A DNA stretch of 56,464 bases, from positions 1 to 56,464 of the forward strand of contig RBZT01000281.1 in assembly GCA_003693705.1 (NCBI GenBank), written 5' to 3'. The notes beneath the pieces are model-generated. The model was not told the DNA's origin, did not search any database, and saw nothing but the letters and a program-made list of their open reading frames with translations. This document shows, piece by piece, positions 25,516 through 39,052 of this stretch (the first letter of the stretch is position 1; the number at the start of each line of letters is the position of its first letter). The stretch comes from Polymyxa betae A26-41 (Eukaryota; Protista; Endomyxa: Phytomyxea). A program made the translations under genes and the position numbers.

Positions 25516-27913
25516 CTAAACGTCATCCTCAGCGGCGTTGAAGCCATTACTGATCGGGAGCTTACATTTGCAATTTTCGGAATTGTGAGTAGAAGCTCGA
25601 AATGATGATTTGGAGCTCATACGGGGACCCCTACTTGAGCTTCGACGTCGTCTTCTGCTAGGCGCTATCTCCTGAGCAAACAATGATGAATCTTGCAAAA
25701 ATGAATGCCAAATTACAGATTACAGGCTTTGCATTCAATTTAGAATCATCGACCTTTTCTGTCACTTTGGCCTGATAAACAATGAGACGTACTGTAGCAC
25801 AGATTCGAAACGGTTTCATTCACCGGTCCCATTTTTAAACTTAATTGGGACATTTCCCGATTTCGCTCCTTGCAATCACTTTCCTATCGAATCTTTGATC
25901 AGTAGGGTAGAAGGAAAACCAATAACTTCGATTACCTCCGATGCACTTTGAGTTAGATCATGCTCAATGGTTTCCACCTTGGCTTGTTTCGGACAGGGAC
26001 TTCTTACATCATTATCATCTTTACGCTCAGGAGAAAAATACTTTGTGATGGGATTTGGAGATCTTTCCTTCGAGATTTTGGGTATTCTTGACCATTTGTT
26101 GAATTTCCGCCTTTTCTTTTCGGAATCAGCTGCAGAAGTCACTGATTTCGCGTTGACAGTTTTTGAACCTGAACTTGAACCATAAAAGTCCCTATCGCTG
26201 AACCTCGATTGGGAGAGGCTGGGAGATTGCGAAAAGGGTTTCGGCGCTTTTTTCAGCGAACCCAACCCCTTTCTTGGTGCATCTTGAAATTGACCGTCCT
26301 CTTCGCATTCCGAAACTTCAGGTTTCGATTTCAGCCGCTTTGATGAAAGAGACTTCGGTGTTTGCGTCAGCGAACCGGATTGCTTTCTTGTCGCATTGAA
26401 ATCTTGATCGTCAGCATCGCTGTCAGAAACGTTAGGTTTCGATTTCGGACGACTCGGTGTAGTCGAAGAATCAAGGTTGGAGCGATTCAGCGATTTCTGC
26501 GATTGGGGACGATTGGGAACCGTCAGCTGAGGAAGAAATTTCATCCGATTCTCCTCCTCTTCCTCACTATCGTCACAATTCGGTTTCCAACCAGGCCTGG
26601 AGCAACATTGAGATTTGAGCTTAGGTGAGAAAGTTTTCTATTTGTACCGTTCTGCTGGGACATCGTGTCGTTTCGGCGTCTGTTCCCTTTTTGGTGACGG
26701 GTCGACTTTCTTCTTCGGCTTCTTCTTTGGCTTGGGAGTATAATCAGCATCTTTGGCTTCCTGCTTACCAACTTCGACTTTCTATCGAGCAAATAATTAG
26801 ATTGTGGGTAGAAAACAACCCAATGGAACGAACTCGGGTATTGCCGAAAGGATCCCTGAACATATGAGCATATGCAGGGTTCTCGGCTTTCAAAGTGTCG
26901 ATACGATCTTGCACAGATTGGCATATCATATCAGCGATACGAACACCGTTGACGCTAGATGTCTTGAGCTTGTACTTGCGCAGAGGCATCGATTTGGTCT
27001 CGATCGGTTTCAGCATTTTAACCTAAGCTCGGAGGATGGATTCGAAAGACGAGCGTCGAAGGCGATGGGGCTGATTACCGAATCATCCATAGTGAGAACA
27101 TGACCCGAATCCAGCTCGAGCGGGATCTGAGACTCCGAATAACGACTCGGATGGTGAACCTATTAGATTCAGAATTACATTGATGTCAAGAGCTCGTTAA
27201 GCTGAACAATTTCCAGAAATCATAATGCTTCCAAACAAACGTAAATGAAAGGCAGCGCTTTAGAATGGCAAACGCTTAACTATAAGAAAAACACCTTCCG
27301 ACCGTGAGAACGCGGGCATACATTTCAGACTCTTCGCGACCAGCAATCATGCCAGGAATCCAGAAGAAGATGTGAGCTCCGGCAGCCAATTCTATGGTAG
27401 GGGGCGGTTCATTCGCGTCAGCAACTGCACAACACCTTAGACGGCTGCAATTAACAGTGATCAGCTTCTAGTACTGGCCGAGCGCTGCGTTGCTTTTTCA
27501 ACCAAGCGCTGATACTCCTCCTGGACCTGTTTCTTTCTTGTCTCATACAATTGAGTTGTCAGAGCCAAGACTTCATCGAATTGGTTCCTTAGCAGTGATG
27601 TCTGGTTCCCGTTTCCTGCGTCTGGGACGAATTTCGACACCGATCGCGGCTCAAAAAGACATAGAGAATTCCTTTCTTTGGAGAATTTCCTGATGCATTC
27701 CGTTTTCAACACGAACAGCCAATCGAAATTTTCAAATGTTTACCTTGAAGCGAGAATGTCATCGAGATTCTTGTGATGTCTCAAAATGAAGCAGATGATG
27801 CATTTTGTAGGCTCATCAGGGACCCTTGCCTCGACGACGACAGCAGGCCACATGCTGGTGCCTTGCTTCGTTCCGGGCCCCCAGACTACATCGCCATCTG
27901 AAAACCCGCCCAT
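25516..27913 (-). CDS. PWWP-domain protein with a long S/K-rich disordered C-terminus (multi-exon; 3' end approximate)
   Basis: FSDGDVVWGPGTKQGTSMWPAVV (PWWP-like), NLS-like KKRRK and low-complexity exons. Confidence 0.55.
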
Positions 27914-29064
27914 GAAAGCTCCCGCGCCGTTCCGAAAATCGACAGAATAATCGGCTGCTGTCTGCGCCGTTGCCAGGTGCGGAATCAAAAATGTCACCAG
28001 ATCGACCCAGCACACACCGTAACATGACTGTAGCCTTTTAAATGTGCCTCAGCATTCATGCATATCACATCTTGTGCTATACTTTTACTGATTTTGCCTG
28101 ACCTTATCGCTGTGCCATCTCAATGCTTTTGAAGCAATCGTCCGCGCCTTGACTTCCCAGAATTGCTTGAAAGCGGTTAGCATTGCTGTTTGTTCAACAG
28201 GCTTAGAAGTTTAAAAGGTGTTTAGTTTCAAAAGAATGGCTTAAACAGGTGTTTAATTTCATGAGGATGGTTTCTATAACCATTCTTGAAAATGAGTTAC
28301 ATATTCTCCGCAGTTCCTTTTGTAAGCTTCTTTCTGCTACTTCGCTTTGGACGATCTTCGTTTATAGAGTGGCCGGTCTTGTAGCTGGAGTTAGAAGCGG
28401 CGCCATGAGCCTCTTTATCGCTTCGATCTAGAACCTACGAGCCCATCACTACCGACATCAAGGCTATTGTTTGATCAACTGTGAACTCGATGCATTTCCA
28501 CCCATGGTGTGTTTACTAACATACGGTGCCATAATCTTGGCTCGACTATAATCAAGTCCTGCGTCAAACTCTGCACAGCAAGAACTGCAAGAGATGAGCA
28601 TTCAAACGGCATCATTTGGATTCATTTCTCATTTCTGCAATTAATTGATATCTCTCCTGCTGCGCGCATCCACCGGCAGATAAACAGCCGTTAAATTGAT
28701 CCTGTTTAATCTTCCAGCTTGGCATTTCTCTCCATTGCCTAGGTAGAGCATTGACCGAACGATCAAGAAGCAATCTAGGGCTTATATATTTCGGAGCTAG
28801 AACCCATGAGCTTGACAGGATAGATCTCGCTGCAGATATTTATCCCTAGCGCAAGCAGCTTCTGGATTCTTTGCAGAACTCTTCGTCGGAACTTGAAGGG
28901 CATTGCGTCATCAAGTCAACAGTCATCGCCCAGTGTTGTGATTCCGGTTCTCTTCAGCCAGTTCTGAGGTCACCTTGTTACAGAGAGAATCTCTCATTCA
29001 CTCTGTCTATATCTGCATCAGCATCCATCGTTAGAAGAAGGCCGCTGGATTGCACGCCCCAGCG

Positions 29065-30143
29065 ATGGATAGCTTCCGGACGCAAGATCTGGCGAAGATG
29101 CCGGTCTCGGCGCTGACAATCGCCGCCTGCTGCGGGGTCTACGTCTACCAGCGCGTTAAAGACACTGACCTCTCGAAAATCTGGTTTTCATACAACCGTA
29201 TGCTGTCGCTTTACCGTGCAAATCAGCTGCCTGATTCAGCGGTCTGTAGAAATCGTTGCGAAGAAAGAATTCTGGCGCATCGTAACGTCCGCATACACGC
29301 ACGGCGGCTTACTGCATTTGGGCATGAACATGTTTACAACATTTCAGCAAGGAATGTCCTTTGAAGCCTATGTATGCAGAACTGAATCAGCCTTACAATT
29401 GGCCTGAGATGTTCTTCAGATCGGCTGGTTGAACTTTTCGAAAGCGATCTATTTCCTTGTCATGCTATCCGCGCTGGTGACACTTGTCGTATCGTTCATT
29501 CTGAATCGAATGGGCTACAGCCAATACGCCAACATGCCAGCTGTGGGATATTCCGGGTCGGCATATCATTCGGCTGCGAGGGCTCTGCGCTGACAAATGC
29601 TTTCAGGGTTCTTTTCGGGATCTTTGCCTTGGAATCGCTGCAGAGACCATTTGACACTGTCTTACTGCTGTATTTCATTCCGGTCCCTTTCATCGTTGTT
29701 CCCTTTATCTACTTGGTCGTCATGCAAGTGTTGGTCCCAAACGTATCGTTTATTGTAAGCTCATGGGTCCGAGTATCTCGCTCGTATCTGATTCGGGTTT
29801 AGGGCCATGCGGCCGGTATCGCTGCTGGGTATTTGACGTATTTCCTCCGAATTAATAGATGGTTCGATTCGATTGCCTTCGGCATTGCGCTCGCCTTGTA
29901 AGATTCCTTGCGTTCTTTCGATTCCTTTTCTGAATCAATTTCTCGCAATCAGAACGGCGACAGTGAGTGTCTATTCTTATAAAAAAATCCACGGTCGTAG
30001 CCAGCACTGGGAGCTTCCATCGCATTCGTCAAGTGCTGGAGGAGGAGGAGGCAAGGCTCGAATTGTTAACGGGTAAATTTTCAACGGTTGCGCTGAGATT
30101 GTTGTTCTTGACCTTAAATTCCAGAGTTCTAATCCGAAGTTGA
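29065..30143 (+). CDS. Rhomboid-family intramembrane serine protease
   Basis: EFWRIVTSAYTHGGLLHLGMNM, catalytic VGYSG|VLFG and SFI|GHAAGI, reconstructed across GT-AG introns. Confidence 0.88.
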
Positions 30144-30766
30144 AACCTATATTTTCGTAATAAAATTGCTATTCAGAAGTGGCTAGCTTTATACTGCCAG
30201 GGTCCTATTGCGATTAATCTTGAATATGTGAACAGATTGGCAATTAAATAAAAAAAGAGAATGAAATGGAAAGAATTCGGTCAGAGGTCTTCAGTTTATT
30301 CCGATGCAGAGCAATGCTTTCCTGCCAACTAACGTCTTGCGTTGCTATCAATTTGATAGAATCAACAGCAAATGTACATAAAGAACAACGTCCCTAGTGT
30401 ACATCATCGATCTAAAACGTCCTCGATCCCCAGTCGTGATAGGAAACGAACAATGGCTTTGACGTGTCCCAGGCCGACTGCCTCCGTCATCGGAGCTAAA
30501 AAAAGAACGGGCGTGGACTGCGACCTGGGTGACGGCGCAACCTGCGCTGGCTGTCGCCTGTCAACTTGAGGCCCTCTTGTCGGATTTTAGGGGGTCGTGA
30601 CACACACTCCACGGCACGCGCTCCCTTCTCTCATTCTGATATCGATCGAGCACGCGACCCTACTCTACGATCTACTCGACTTCTGCTCGATCCGTATCTG
30701 TCCTTTCATTCTGCATTCGCATCTACATCTCGAACACCAGTTCAAGCAACCAACAGAACAGCAATC

Positions 30767-31897
30767 ATGTGTGACGATGAACTCCAAGCTTTGGTCGTCG
30801 ACAACGGCTCCGGTATGGTGAAGGCCGGATTCGCCGGTGACGACGCCCCCCGTGCTGTCTTCCCATCCATCGTCGGCCGTCCCCGACACACCGGTATCAT
30901 GGTCGGCGCCACCCAGAAGGACGCCTACGTCGGTGACGAAGCCCAAGCCAAGCGTGGTATTCTCACCCTGAAGTACCCGATTGAGCACGGTATCGTCACC
31001 AACTGGGATGATATGGAGAAGATCTGGCACCACACCTTCTACAACGAGCTTCGTGTCGCCCCTGAAGAGCACCCGGTCCTGTTGACGGAAGCTCCTCTGA
31101 ACCCCAAGGCCAATCGTGAAAAGATGACTCAGATCATGTTCGAGACCTTCAACACGCCGGCCATGTACGTCGCTATCCAGGCCGTCCTGTCTCTGTACGC
31201 CTCCGGTCGTACCACGGGTATCGTCCTGGATTGTGGTGATGGTGTCTCGCACACGGTCCCCATCTACGAAGGTTACGCTCTGCCTCACGCCATCCTTCGT
31301 CTGGATTTGGCCGGACGTGATCTGACCGACTACCTGATGAAGATCTTGACCGAGCGTGGTTACTCGTTCACGACCACCGCCGAGCGAGAAATTGTTCGTG
31401 ACATCAAGGAGAAGCTGTCGTACGTCGCCCAGGACTTCGACTCCGAACTTTCCAACTCTGAACAATCCTCTGAAGTCGAGAAATCGTACGAGCTGCCAGA
31501 TGGTCAAGTCATCACTGTCGGCAACGAGCGATTCCGATGCCCAGAAGTTCTGTTCACACCATCCCTGATCGGCCTTGAACAGGAAGGTGTTCATCAGCTG
31601 ACTTACCAATCGATCATGAAATGTGATGTCGATATCCGTAAGGATCTGTACGGCAACATCGTCCTGTCTGGTGGTACCACCATGTTCGACGGTATCGCCG
31701 ACCGTATCTCCAAAGAAGTCACTGCTCTGGCGCCGTCTTCGATCCGAGTCAAGGTCGTTGCTCCCCCTGAACGTAAATACTCTGTCTGGATCGGTGGATC
31801 GATTCTGTCGTCCCTGTCCACCTTCCAACAGATGTGGATCAGCAAGGAGGAGTACGATGAGGCCGGTCCCGCCATCGTCCACCGCAAGTGCTTCTAA
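30767..31897 (+). CDS. ACT: Actin (376 aa, intronless CDS; probable 5'-UTR intron 30694-30740)
   Basis: Full canonical actin, [16 protein letters not shown]...IVHRKCF. Confidence 0.99.
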
Positions 31898-32249
31898 GTG
31901 CTTTCATTTCTTCTCAGGCCCTCTCTCAAACTGTTTTGTTTTTTTGTGCTTGTACATGATGTGAATATCTAAATTCGACCCTTTGGGCGAACTGTCCTAC
32001 TAAACAATATTGTACATAGCTTGACTCACATCTTGTATCGGTTTTCACCAATAAGACTCAAATTCACTTAGCAACGAACTTCTCTATTGTAGCAATCGCA
32101 AAATAGCTCTAATTAGCTTCAGAAGACTTATTTCGCCCTTGGTATGGGTTCTGATGCTGGATTCCTCATTAGTCATTATTCATTTTCTTGGTAGCTAGTC
32201 TATTAGCAACAATCAAGAGTGATGTCTTTTAAGGAGTGATTATTTTTAT

Positions 32250-34521
32250 TTATCTTAATGAAGGTCGAGTTGATCTCCTATCGACATTCGGCCTAAACAA
32301 TCGAGCATTCCTTTCTGTCATCTGATTCTCAGCCAACATAATCTTGGTTAATGCATCTCCAGCGAACATCTCTTCATCGTCAGATTCATAGAAAGCTTCG
32401 TCTATCTCATCGGTTAAGGGGACATTCAGTGCTTTCACCTTCTTAAGAATCTGAAGCAATCTGTTAATTGCCAAACGATAGTTATGCATTTAACATGAAC
32501 CTTTTCGACTTCTGCCTTGAGCTTTTGCCGTTCTTGTAAGTTCTCCTCAATCGCAATGAGCACTAAGCAATAGTTTTCGATATCATGAGCCCGGACGTTG
32601 TCATAGCTCGGAAAGGTCGTTGGTGTTTGCATTTTCCATACAGCTAAATACAGGTTTAGCTTCAAATAATAAGTGTTGCAACAAATTTAGAAAGTAGTCT
32701 TCTGGCAAATGATTCGTAAACAATTCAATGTTATCAAAAAAGGCAAAAGATTTCAAATTAATTTGATATAGTGTGGTGGCAGCACACGTAAATCGTGATC
32801 GGAAGGATTCCAAGCAGAATCTCTGCTTTGACCGAAGATTACAGCAGCGCATAGAATGATTGCAAAAAGCATTTCGCTTCCCAAGCTAATAACAGCAACC
32901 TTGTAAATGTTTTTTAAACACTCCCAACACAAAAAAACTGACAAACACTGGAAAAGAATCCCAGATGGAGCAAGACAGTAAAATTAAGCTCTACATCGCC
33001 CGAACCTGCAATCTCTTATGACAGAAGCAGAATGAAAGAGGAACGAGGCGATAAAACATTATTAAAGGAACCCAGAAAGAAAAAATCTCAGACGACGAAG
33101 CTGTAAACAGAAGCAGAATGAAAGAGCTCTGCAAAGAAACAAACATAAAGAGCGTAAATGAGAGTCTTTAGAAGCTCATTACCAGATCTGTCTGCTGCTG
33201 ATGAGATCATCTCTATAATCGGCTCTTCAATACGATCCTCGTCAGTCTTGGCAGCCTCTTTTCCGACGTCGTTCATCTCAGCGTCCTCGTTCGTCCCATC
33301 GTCAATCAGCTTCCGATGGTCGATACGACGAATGGCTCGCAGCTCGTTATGGGCGGCCAGCAAGTTCATGACAGTCAGACCGGCGATAATCTGGGTGAAG
33401 ACCCACCCGCCGATTATGATGAAAACGACAGCATAGATGGCGGCTGATAACCCATAGCCCATATCTCTCAGATCCTCATAGATCGACGCCCAGCCATCCT
33501 GCGACATGAACACGAACAATGTGAACATTGCTTTCGAGATCGACGCGAAATAATCGTTCGGGACGCTCGAGAACAGATCGATGCCAATCACGGCGAAGAC
33601 GAACATGACGATTAAAAGCAAGCCGACGACATTGATCATATCTGGCAGCGAACGGATGATCGACGACACTACCATCTGCATGCCTTTGAACGCCGAGGCG
33701 CTTCTCAAGCTTCGGAACGCACGAAGGATGCGAAAGATTCGCAGCAGACGACCTGTCGATACAAACGCCATCCCGGTTCCCAATAGCGAGATCACCACCA
33801 GCAAGAAATCGAACACATTCCAGCCGACCTTCCAAAACGTTCGAAATCCGTGCATCCATTTCAGGCAGAGTTCCAGTGTGAAGATCGTTAGGAAGATGGC
33901 GTCCAGCGCCTGAAAGACCGGCAGGTAGTTGATTGAGAACGACTTCACCGTTTGCAGCCCGATCATCAGCGAATTGATCGTGATCGCCAGCAGAATCACG
34001 AGCTTGAACGGCGTGCTCTCCAGCAGGGCCCCGACCAGGACCTCGCGGACGCGATCGTCGCCTTGTTGGACCACGTCGAAGTCCATGACGTCGTTGATGT
34101 TGACGAAGGCGAATTTACGTCGCGACCGCTCCGAGATTCGCAGCTGCGACGACGTCGGATATTCGCTCTTCAGGGGCCAGGAAGCCAGCGGGGCGCCGAT
34201 CGCGTTTCGAGGCGGTGCCGTGAACAGTTTCCGGGGCGGGATGCCGTCCTGGCGAGCCAGTACTCCCGAAGGTTTCGGGTTAACGACGCCGCTGGCGACG
34301 TAACTTTGCTGCATTTGGTAGAGCGACAAGCAGCCGCCTGGATCGGCGTGGTCGGCCACCAGTGGCAGGTGCCGGGTCGACGACGCCGGCGACGACCCGA
34401 AGGTGACTTCGCCATCCTCGTCGATGGAGTTCTCGCTGGAATTCGTTCGGCTATGAGACCGATGCAGCTGAAATTTGGCGAGCGCTGCTTTCAGCATGAT
34501 GATCACAGACGGGTTTCTCAA
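32250..34521 (-). CDS. CATSPER4: CatSper alpha subunit (CatSper4-like) 6TM Ca2+ channel
   Basis: S4 RLLRIFRILRAFRSLR, FWKVGWNVFDF, pore FTLFVFMSQDGW (CatSper4 has TQDGW) and C-terminal coiled coil ENYCLVLIAIEENLQE in downstream exons. Confidence 0.8.
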
Positions 34522-35138
34522 GCCATTATTCGATTATGCTGGCGTACCGTACTAGAACGCTTCCTAAACACCATACATTTATAGGCAGTATAATTATTGT
34601 CAGCACCCTATTTGCAGATGCCAATTGTCACTATGGTTTCTGTCTTTTAGTCCTATTTCTTCGCCGAAGATAGCATCCATAATCAAACGCAGCTTTATAA
34701 TTGATAGTGAGACACTCTGGCATAGGCGATCATTAAAAATGTGTCTATTTATCTGAGTGATCATTTTTAAAACTTTTGTTCGATTTGCTTAAAATAGGTT
34801 GAAATCTGCGCGAGTTTTAGTGGATGAATGAAGCAATTGAGAGATCTCATATTCACATCCGTGGAGCTCGCTATTTGTCTGCGGGCTGCGCAATCCATAT
34901 ACAGACTCTAATATAGCGTCCATCATACAACCTATCGATATGGGACCTTTTAACCATCTTTGCTCAATTTCTATACGCACGTTATGAGCGCAGCTGCCAT
35001 TTTTTGGTTTTATAAACCATTGTTTATTGACGTGTAGATAAGGTTAGACCAGGCAATGGAACTTGAAATGTGATGAATGATGGTGATGTTTTCTGCGATG
35101 AGGCCCACAGCGGGACAGACAGGAAACCAATGCTTAGG

Positions 35139-35318
35139 TTAGCGAGCGGGGTCAGCGGCGGCTTTGGCGGCTGCGGCTTGTAGAGCGCGAACCTCATCTG
35201 AGTCGAAGCGATCCGCGCCCGACAGACGCCAGATCACCCACCCGAATACGGATGCGGTAAACAACGACAGGCCGATGCCGGTCGCCTGGTTACGAGCTCG
35301 TAGCGATTTGCTGATCAT
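35139..35318 (-). CDS. Cytochrome c oxidase assembly factor COA3/CCDC56-like small membrane protein
   Basis: 59 aa MISKSLRARNQATGIGLSLFTASVFGWVIWRLSGADRFD resembles the COA3 R-N-TG-G-TM-(E/D)RF pattern. Confidence 0.55.
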   Translation of the reverse strand: MISKSLRARNQATGIGLSLFTASVFGWVIWRLSGADRFDSDEVRALQAAAAKAAADPAR

Positions 35319-35876
35319 CTGATGGGATCGGATTCGTCGCTGCCGGCACCTGCAAAGCTTTTGATCGATTTCCTCTAGAGTTTCGTATGTTTTGTTAGGC
35401 GCGGAGAATGTACACGGATGACCAGCCCGCTCTGACGTTCTAGCAACAAATTCTGCAACAAATTCTGCAACAACAAATTCTGCTTTAATCAGCCTGGAGC
35501 TTTGTGTAATGGGTAAGCTGAGATAAATTTTGAAATAGACTGTTATTGTCAAATCCGACATTATGAATTCCTGGAAGGATTTTTAATTAAGGTAACTCTT
35601 GCTCCCCCTAAGAAATATGAAGTGCCGCTCCTCAGATGACAGCGATAGCGATTCCGACTCGTTAGAAAATACTTGAACAAATACGTGGACAGAGAATCTA
35701 CACCGAAATGCATTGCTGGAGATTGTGAACACCCAAATATCTTAATTTTAATTAATAGGATAAGTCTGATAGAGAATACTTGACACTCGAATATGGCACA
35801 TGGCACTATTAAAGTCAGCCAATTCAAACATAGTCCGATAAATATACAGATTAAATGTTGCAGCAGAATGCAGATG

Positions 35877-37352
35877 TCACCTAGTGATTCGCCCTCTACA
35901 ATTTCTGAAAGAGTTCACAAGCTGCAAGCAAGCGGTCTTGAATCCCCTCATGAAAGGCGTATACCACCTCCTCCTTGCGACAGTTCTCAATTCCGCATCT
36001 GGCTCAGGCTCTTCGTCAGAAAAAATTCGATCCTCATGCAGCGACAATCCGGTCTCTTCCTCGGCTCGACACACAAACTTCAGTTTCCGAACACTGATTA
36101 GCTCCTCAATCACAACCGGCGGCTCTTCGATATTGGTATAAGAAGCATCGAGATATTTCAACTTTCTACATGCAACAAGAGCATCAATATTTGTGACGTC
36201 CGTGTGCGAAACGTCAATGAAAGTCAGCTGCAGACAAGTTGCTAAAGGTACGATATCGGTCAATGGACAGAATTGCGCCTCCAATTTCTCCAGTTTCAGG
36301 AAATTTGTCAGCGGAGCCAAGTCCGACACACGAGTGTGATCCAAATCGAGAGAAACGAGGCTATTCGACAGATATCGTAGCGGGCGTATATCTACAATTG
36401 GGACATGCCGGATAAGTAAGCGCTTGAGTTTGGTACAGAAACGTAAAATGTCGATTTGGGTGAGCCGAGTCCCAGATATATCCAGATATTCGAGATTGGG
36501 AAGGTATTGCAGTACATCGAGGGAGTTAATGTGAGTATTGGCCAAATCCAGCCAAACCAGGCGCGGGCATTTCGACAGTATAGAGATGTTGGAAACCCTT
36601 GAGAAATGCAGATTTAGATGAACCAGCCGAGGCGTGGACCGAAGGCCTTCGATCGAATCGACAGCATCCGAATGGCAGAGCTCCAAATGGCGAACTTGCT
36701 GAGGGAAACATACTGGATATGTGAGCTGCAGAAGAAGCAGACAAGCCCGGATCGTCTTCAGAGAAGTACTCTTGCGAAGACAGGAAATATCATTAACACG
36801 AGTCACCGATATATCAAGCGTTATCAATGACGGGCATTGAGCTAGTGGGGCGATCTCTCGAATCGGTGAATGAGAAAGGTCGAGCCAACGCAGATTCTGG
36901 AGGTTACTGAGCTCTTCGATATGCAAAATAGCAGTATGCGATAAATCGATAGATTCCAGTGAAGGCGCAGATGTAATACATTGGGGAATATCCCTCAAAA
37001 GATTCCATCCATGTAGGGACAGCGATTTTAGATGCCTGAATGGTGAAGGGGTGCTTAATAGTACATCCATTGGAGGCGCAGGCATTATTGGCGGCGGCGA
37101 CAAGATGAGCGATTCTAGAAACGGGAACCGTTCTGAAATGACAGAGACAGGACCCTCCGACTTCCAATGCTTTACCAAAGGCAGCAGCGCTCTCATCCGT
37201 CGGCATGTACATGCAACCTTCAGTACATCCGCTCTGGCAGCCAGCACCCCCATGATCACGACCAGCAGACTATCGGGGATGTCCAGCAGGTTGGTCACCG
37301 ACCCCTGGGAACCGGACTCGGCGGGCCCCGGCTCGGTCGGCCTCGGCGTCAT
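35877..37352 (-). CDS. F-box / leucine-rich-repeat (internalin-like) protein, intronless
   Basis: F-box-like LLDIPDSLLVVIMGVL...VACTCRRMR followed by ~22-aa LRRs (LxxLDLSxTxIxxIxxL). Confidence 0.85.
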   Translation of the reverse strand: MTPRPTEPGPAESGSQGSVTNLLDIPDSLLVVIMGVLAARADVLKVACTCRRMRALLPLVKHWKSEGPVSVISERFPFLESLILSPPPIMPAPPMDVLLSTPSPFRHLKSLSLHGWNLLRDIPQCITSAPSLESIDLSHTAILHIEELSNLQNLRWLDLSHSPIREIAPLAQCPSLITLDISVTRVNDISCLRKSTSLKTIRACLLLLQLTYPVCFPQQVRHLELCHSDAVDSIEGLRSTPRLVHLNLHFSRVSNISILSKCPRLVWLDLANTHINSLDVLQYLPNLEYLDISGTRLTQIDILRFCTKLKRLLIRHVPIVDIRPLRYLSNSLVSLDLDHTRVSDLAPLTNFLKLEKLEAQFCPLTDIVPLATCLQLTFIDVSHTDVTNIDALVACRKLKYLDASYTNIEEPPVVIEELISVRKLKFVCRAEEETGLSLHEDRIFSDEEPEPDAELRTVARRRWYTPFMRGFKTACLQLVNSFRNCRGRITR

Positions 37353-37780
37353 CGCCTCGGCCAATCGGGTGAGAGGACAAGCAGCGGCTGACTAAAGTAG
37401 TAAATGGTAGAGAGGCGACCATCATCGGGGAAACTGACGAGAGCGGCGCAGCCCTCCATCGGGTCTATAAGAACGACAAGACCCTACACGATTGTGGGGG
37501 GTTGTCTCTCGTCCTCTGCCAGAGCGGCCCTGCAGGGCACTGGTCTCACGCGTCCGCTTGAGTACGTCACGCGACGGTGCAAGCCAGACCTTGACGCGTT
37601 CTATTTTTAGTGACTGGCATCCGCCTCCCAACAAAAAAATGGTCACTTATCAAAAAAAAGATCCGTTGCTTTCAGTTACAAAAAGCAGATTTTTTTCCTA
37701 ATGAGGAAATCGTCATTAGATGGTGTTTGATAACGGATTTGTACGACCCAGCGGCACGTGCCCAGCCATTCGAAGCTAGC

Positions 37781-39002
37781 ATGGCGACGAAATCGCTGCC
37801 TTTGATCTTGAAGGAGAATGCGGACGAGATCGTGGACCAAGTCGCCAACAACGTCCTTGAGGTGATGGCGGCCTACCCGGACCCACCACCCAGAAAGCCT
37901 TTTTCTAATCGTCTCGTACGAATCGTAAACAGCCCCGATCTGGTCAAGAGGCCGCTATCCGATGATGAACGAGCCGCCGTCCGAGAGATGATCGATGAAA
38001 CGAAAAAAATTCGGCAGCGCGGCCACAATCAGACCCTAAGGTTGCAGGAAATCCAGAGACGATTCGAGCTGGAAATGGAGCACATCGAGAACCAGGAGCA
38101 TCTCGAGGTCAAGAACAAACTCAAACAGGCCGAGGAGAAACGCGAAGCCGAACGTCAAAAGCGGGCCGAGATTGCTCTCATAAACCTCGCTAAGCGATCA
38201 CAGCTGAAACAGGAAGAGAAGCAGCGTCTACGGTGTGCCCGCGATTTGATCCGCCGATCAAGCAAAACCAACATCCAACGTCCGGGACAAAAGCAGTTCA
38301 TTCCAAAACCCAAACAAGACGTCGCTATGGATCCTGTCGCCAGGGAACGCTGGAAGCATTTCATTCGGCGTTATCGCCGCACGAAATGGTTCAAGATGAT
38401 TGCAGGCGAGATCGCCGCGCTTGCCGCCGAAAAGCGTCGCGGTTACGAGGATATCTGCGCCCGGCTCATCCGACGCCGCGATTACGGCGCGACGGTTCGC
38501 GATCAGCACGCCCCGGAGCCCAGCGCCAAGCTGCACGACCAGTTGCAGGCGCGAATCGACCAGCTGCGGCATCCGGATTACGTCCGTCAGGCGCGCGACG
38601 TTCGAGCTCGGCATCCTGTCATCGGCGGCAAACCCGGAACCGAAAAGCCGGCCCCGGAACCTCTGGCCAGCACAGCGAAGAAGTACCGGAACTATCTGGC
38701 GGATCTGCATCGAATTCGGGTTCAAAATGGGCCAGGTTTGGATCTTGGGATCAGTATTACCGATTGCTGATAGGGTGATAGATGAATATCGGCATCTGTC
38801 TAAGGCGGAGCTGCAGGCGAAGATTCGGGAGCTGGACAGAGAGATTGAAGATCGCGATGGTAGTCACAGACCGGATGCTACATCGGCTGTCAATTTAACA
38901 GACAACCTGGCACGCCTCTCACACGCCTATCTGAAGGCCCTGCGCGCCAAATCGCAGCTCTGCGATCTGTACGAAGCCGAGCATCTCTTTGCCAGGTCGT
39001 AG
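37781..39002 (+). CDS. Coiled-coil hypothetical protein (intron ~38735-38773)
   Basis: Long E/K/R-rich helical ORF. A GT-AG intron links it to the IDEYRHLSK...FARS* exon. Confidence 0.65.
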
Positions 39003-39052
39003 GCTGGGATAGAAACAGTTTTAATACAGATATATAGGGCCAACACGACGAC

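Noticed and set aside
28050-28850. Possible gene or TE remnant between the PWWP and rhomboid genes
   Set aside because: Short broken frames with no diagnostic motif.
30566-30766. 67-aa N-terminal extension of actin in the ORF track
   Set aside because: Begins at TTG and crosses a probable 5'-UTR intron; the canonical start is MCDDE at 30767.
30665-31882. 405-aa antisense ORF over actin
   Set aside because: Expected shadow of strong codon bias in a highly expressed gene; no independent features.
35443-35483. caacaaattctg repeated three times
   Set aside because: Ordinary slippage minisatellite without spacers; not CRISPR-like.
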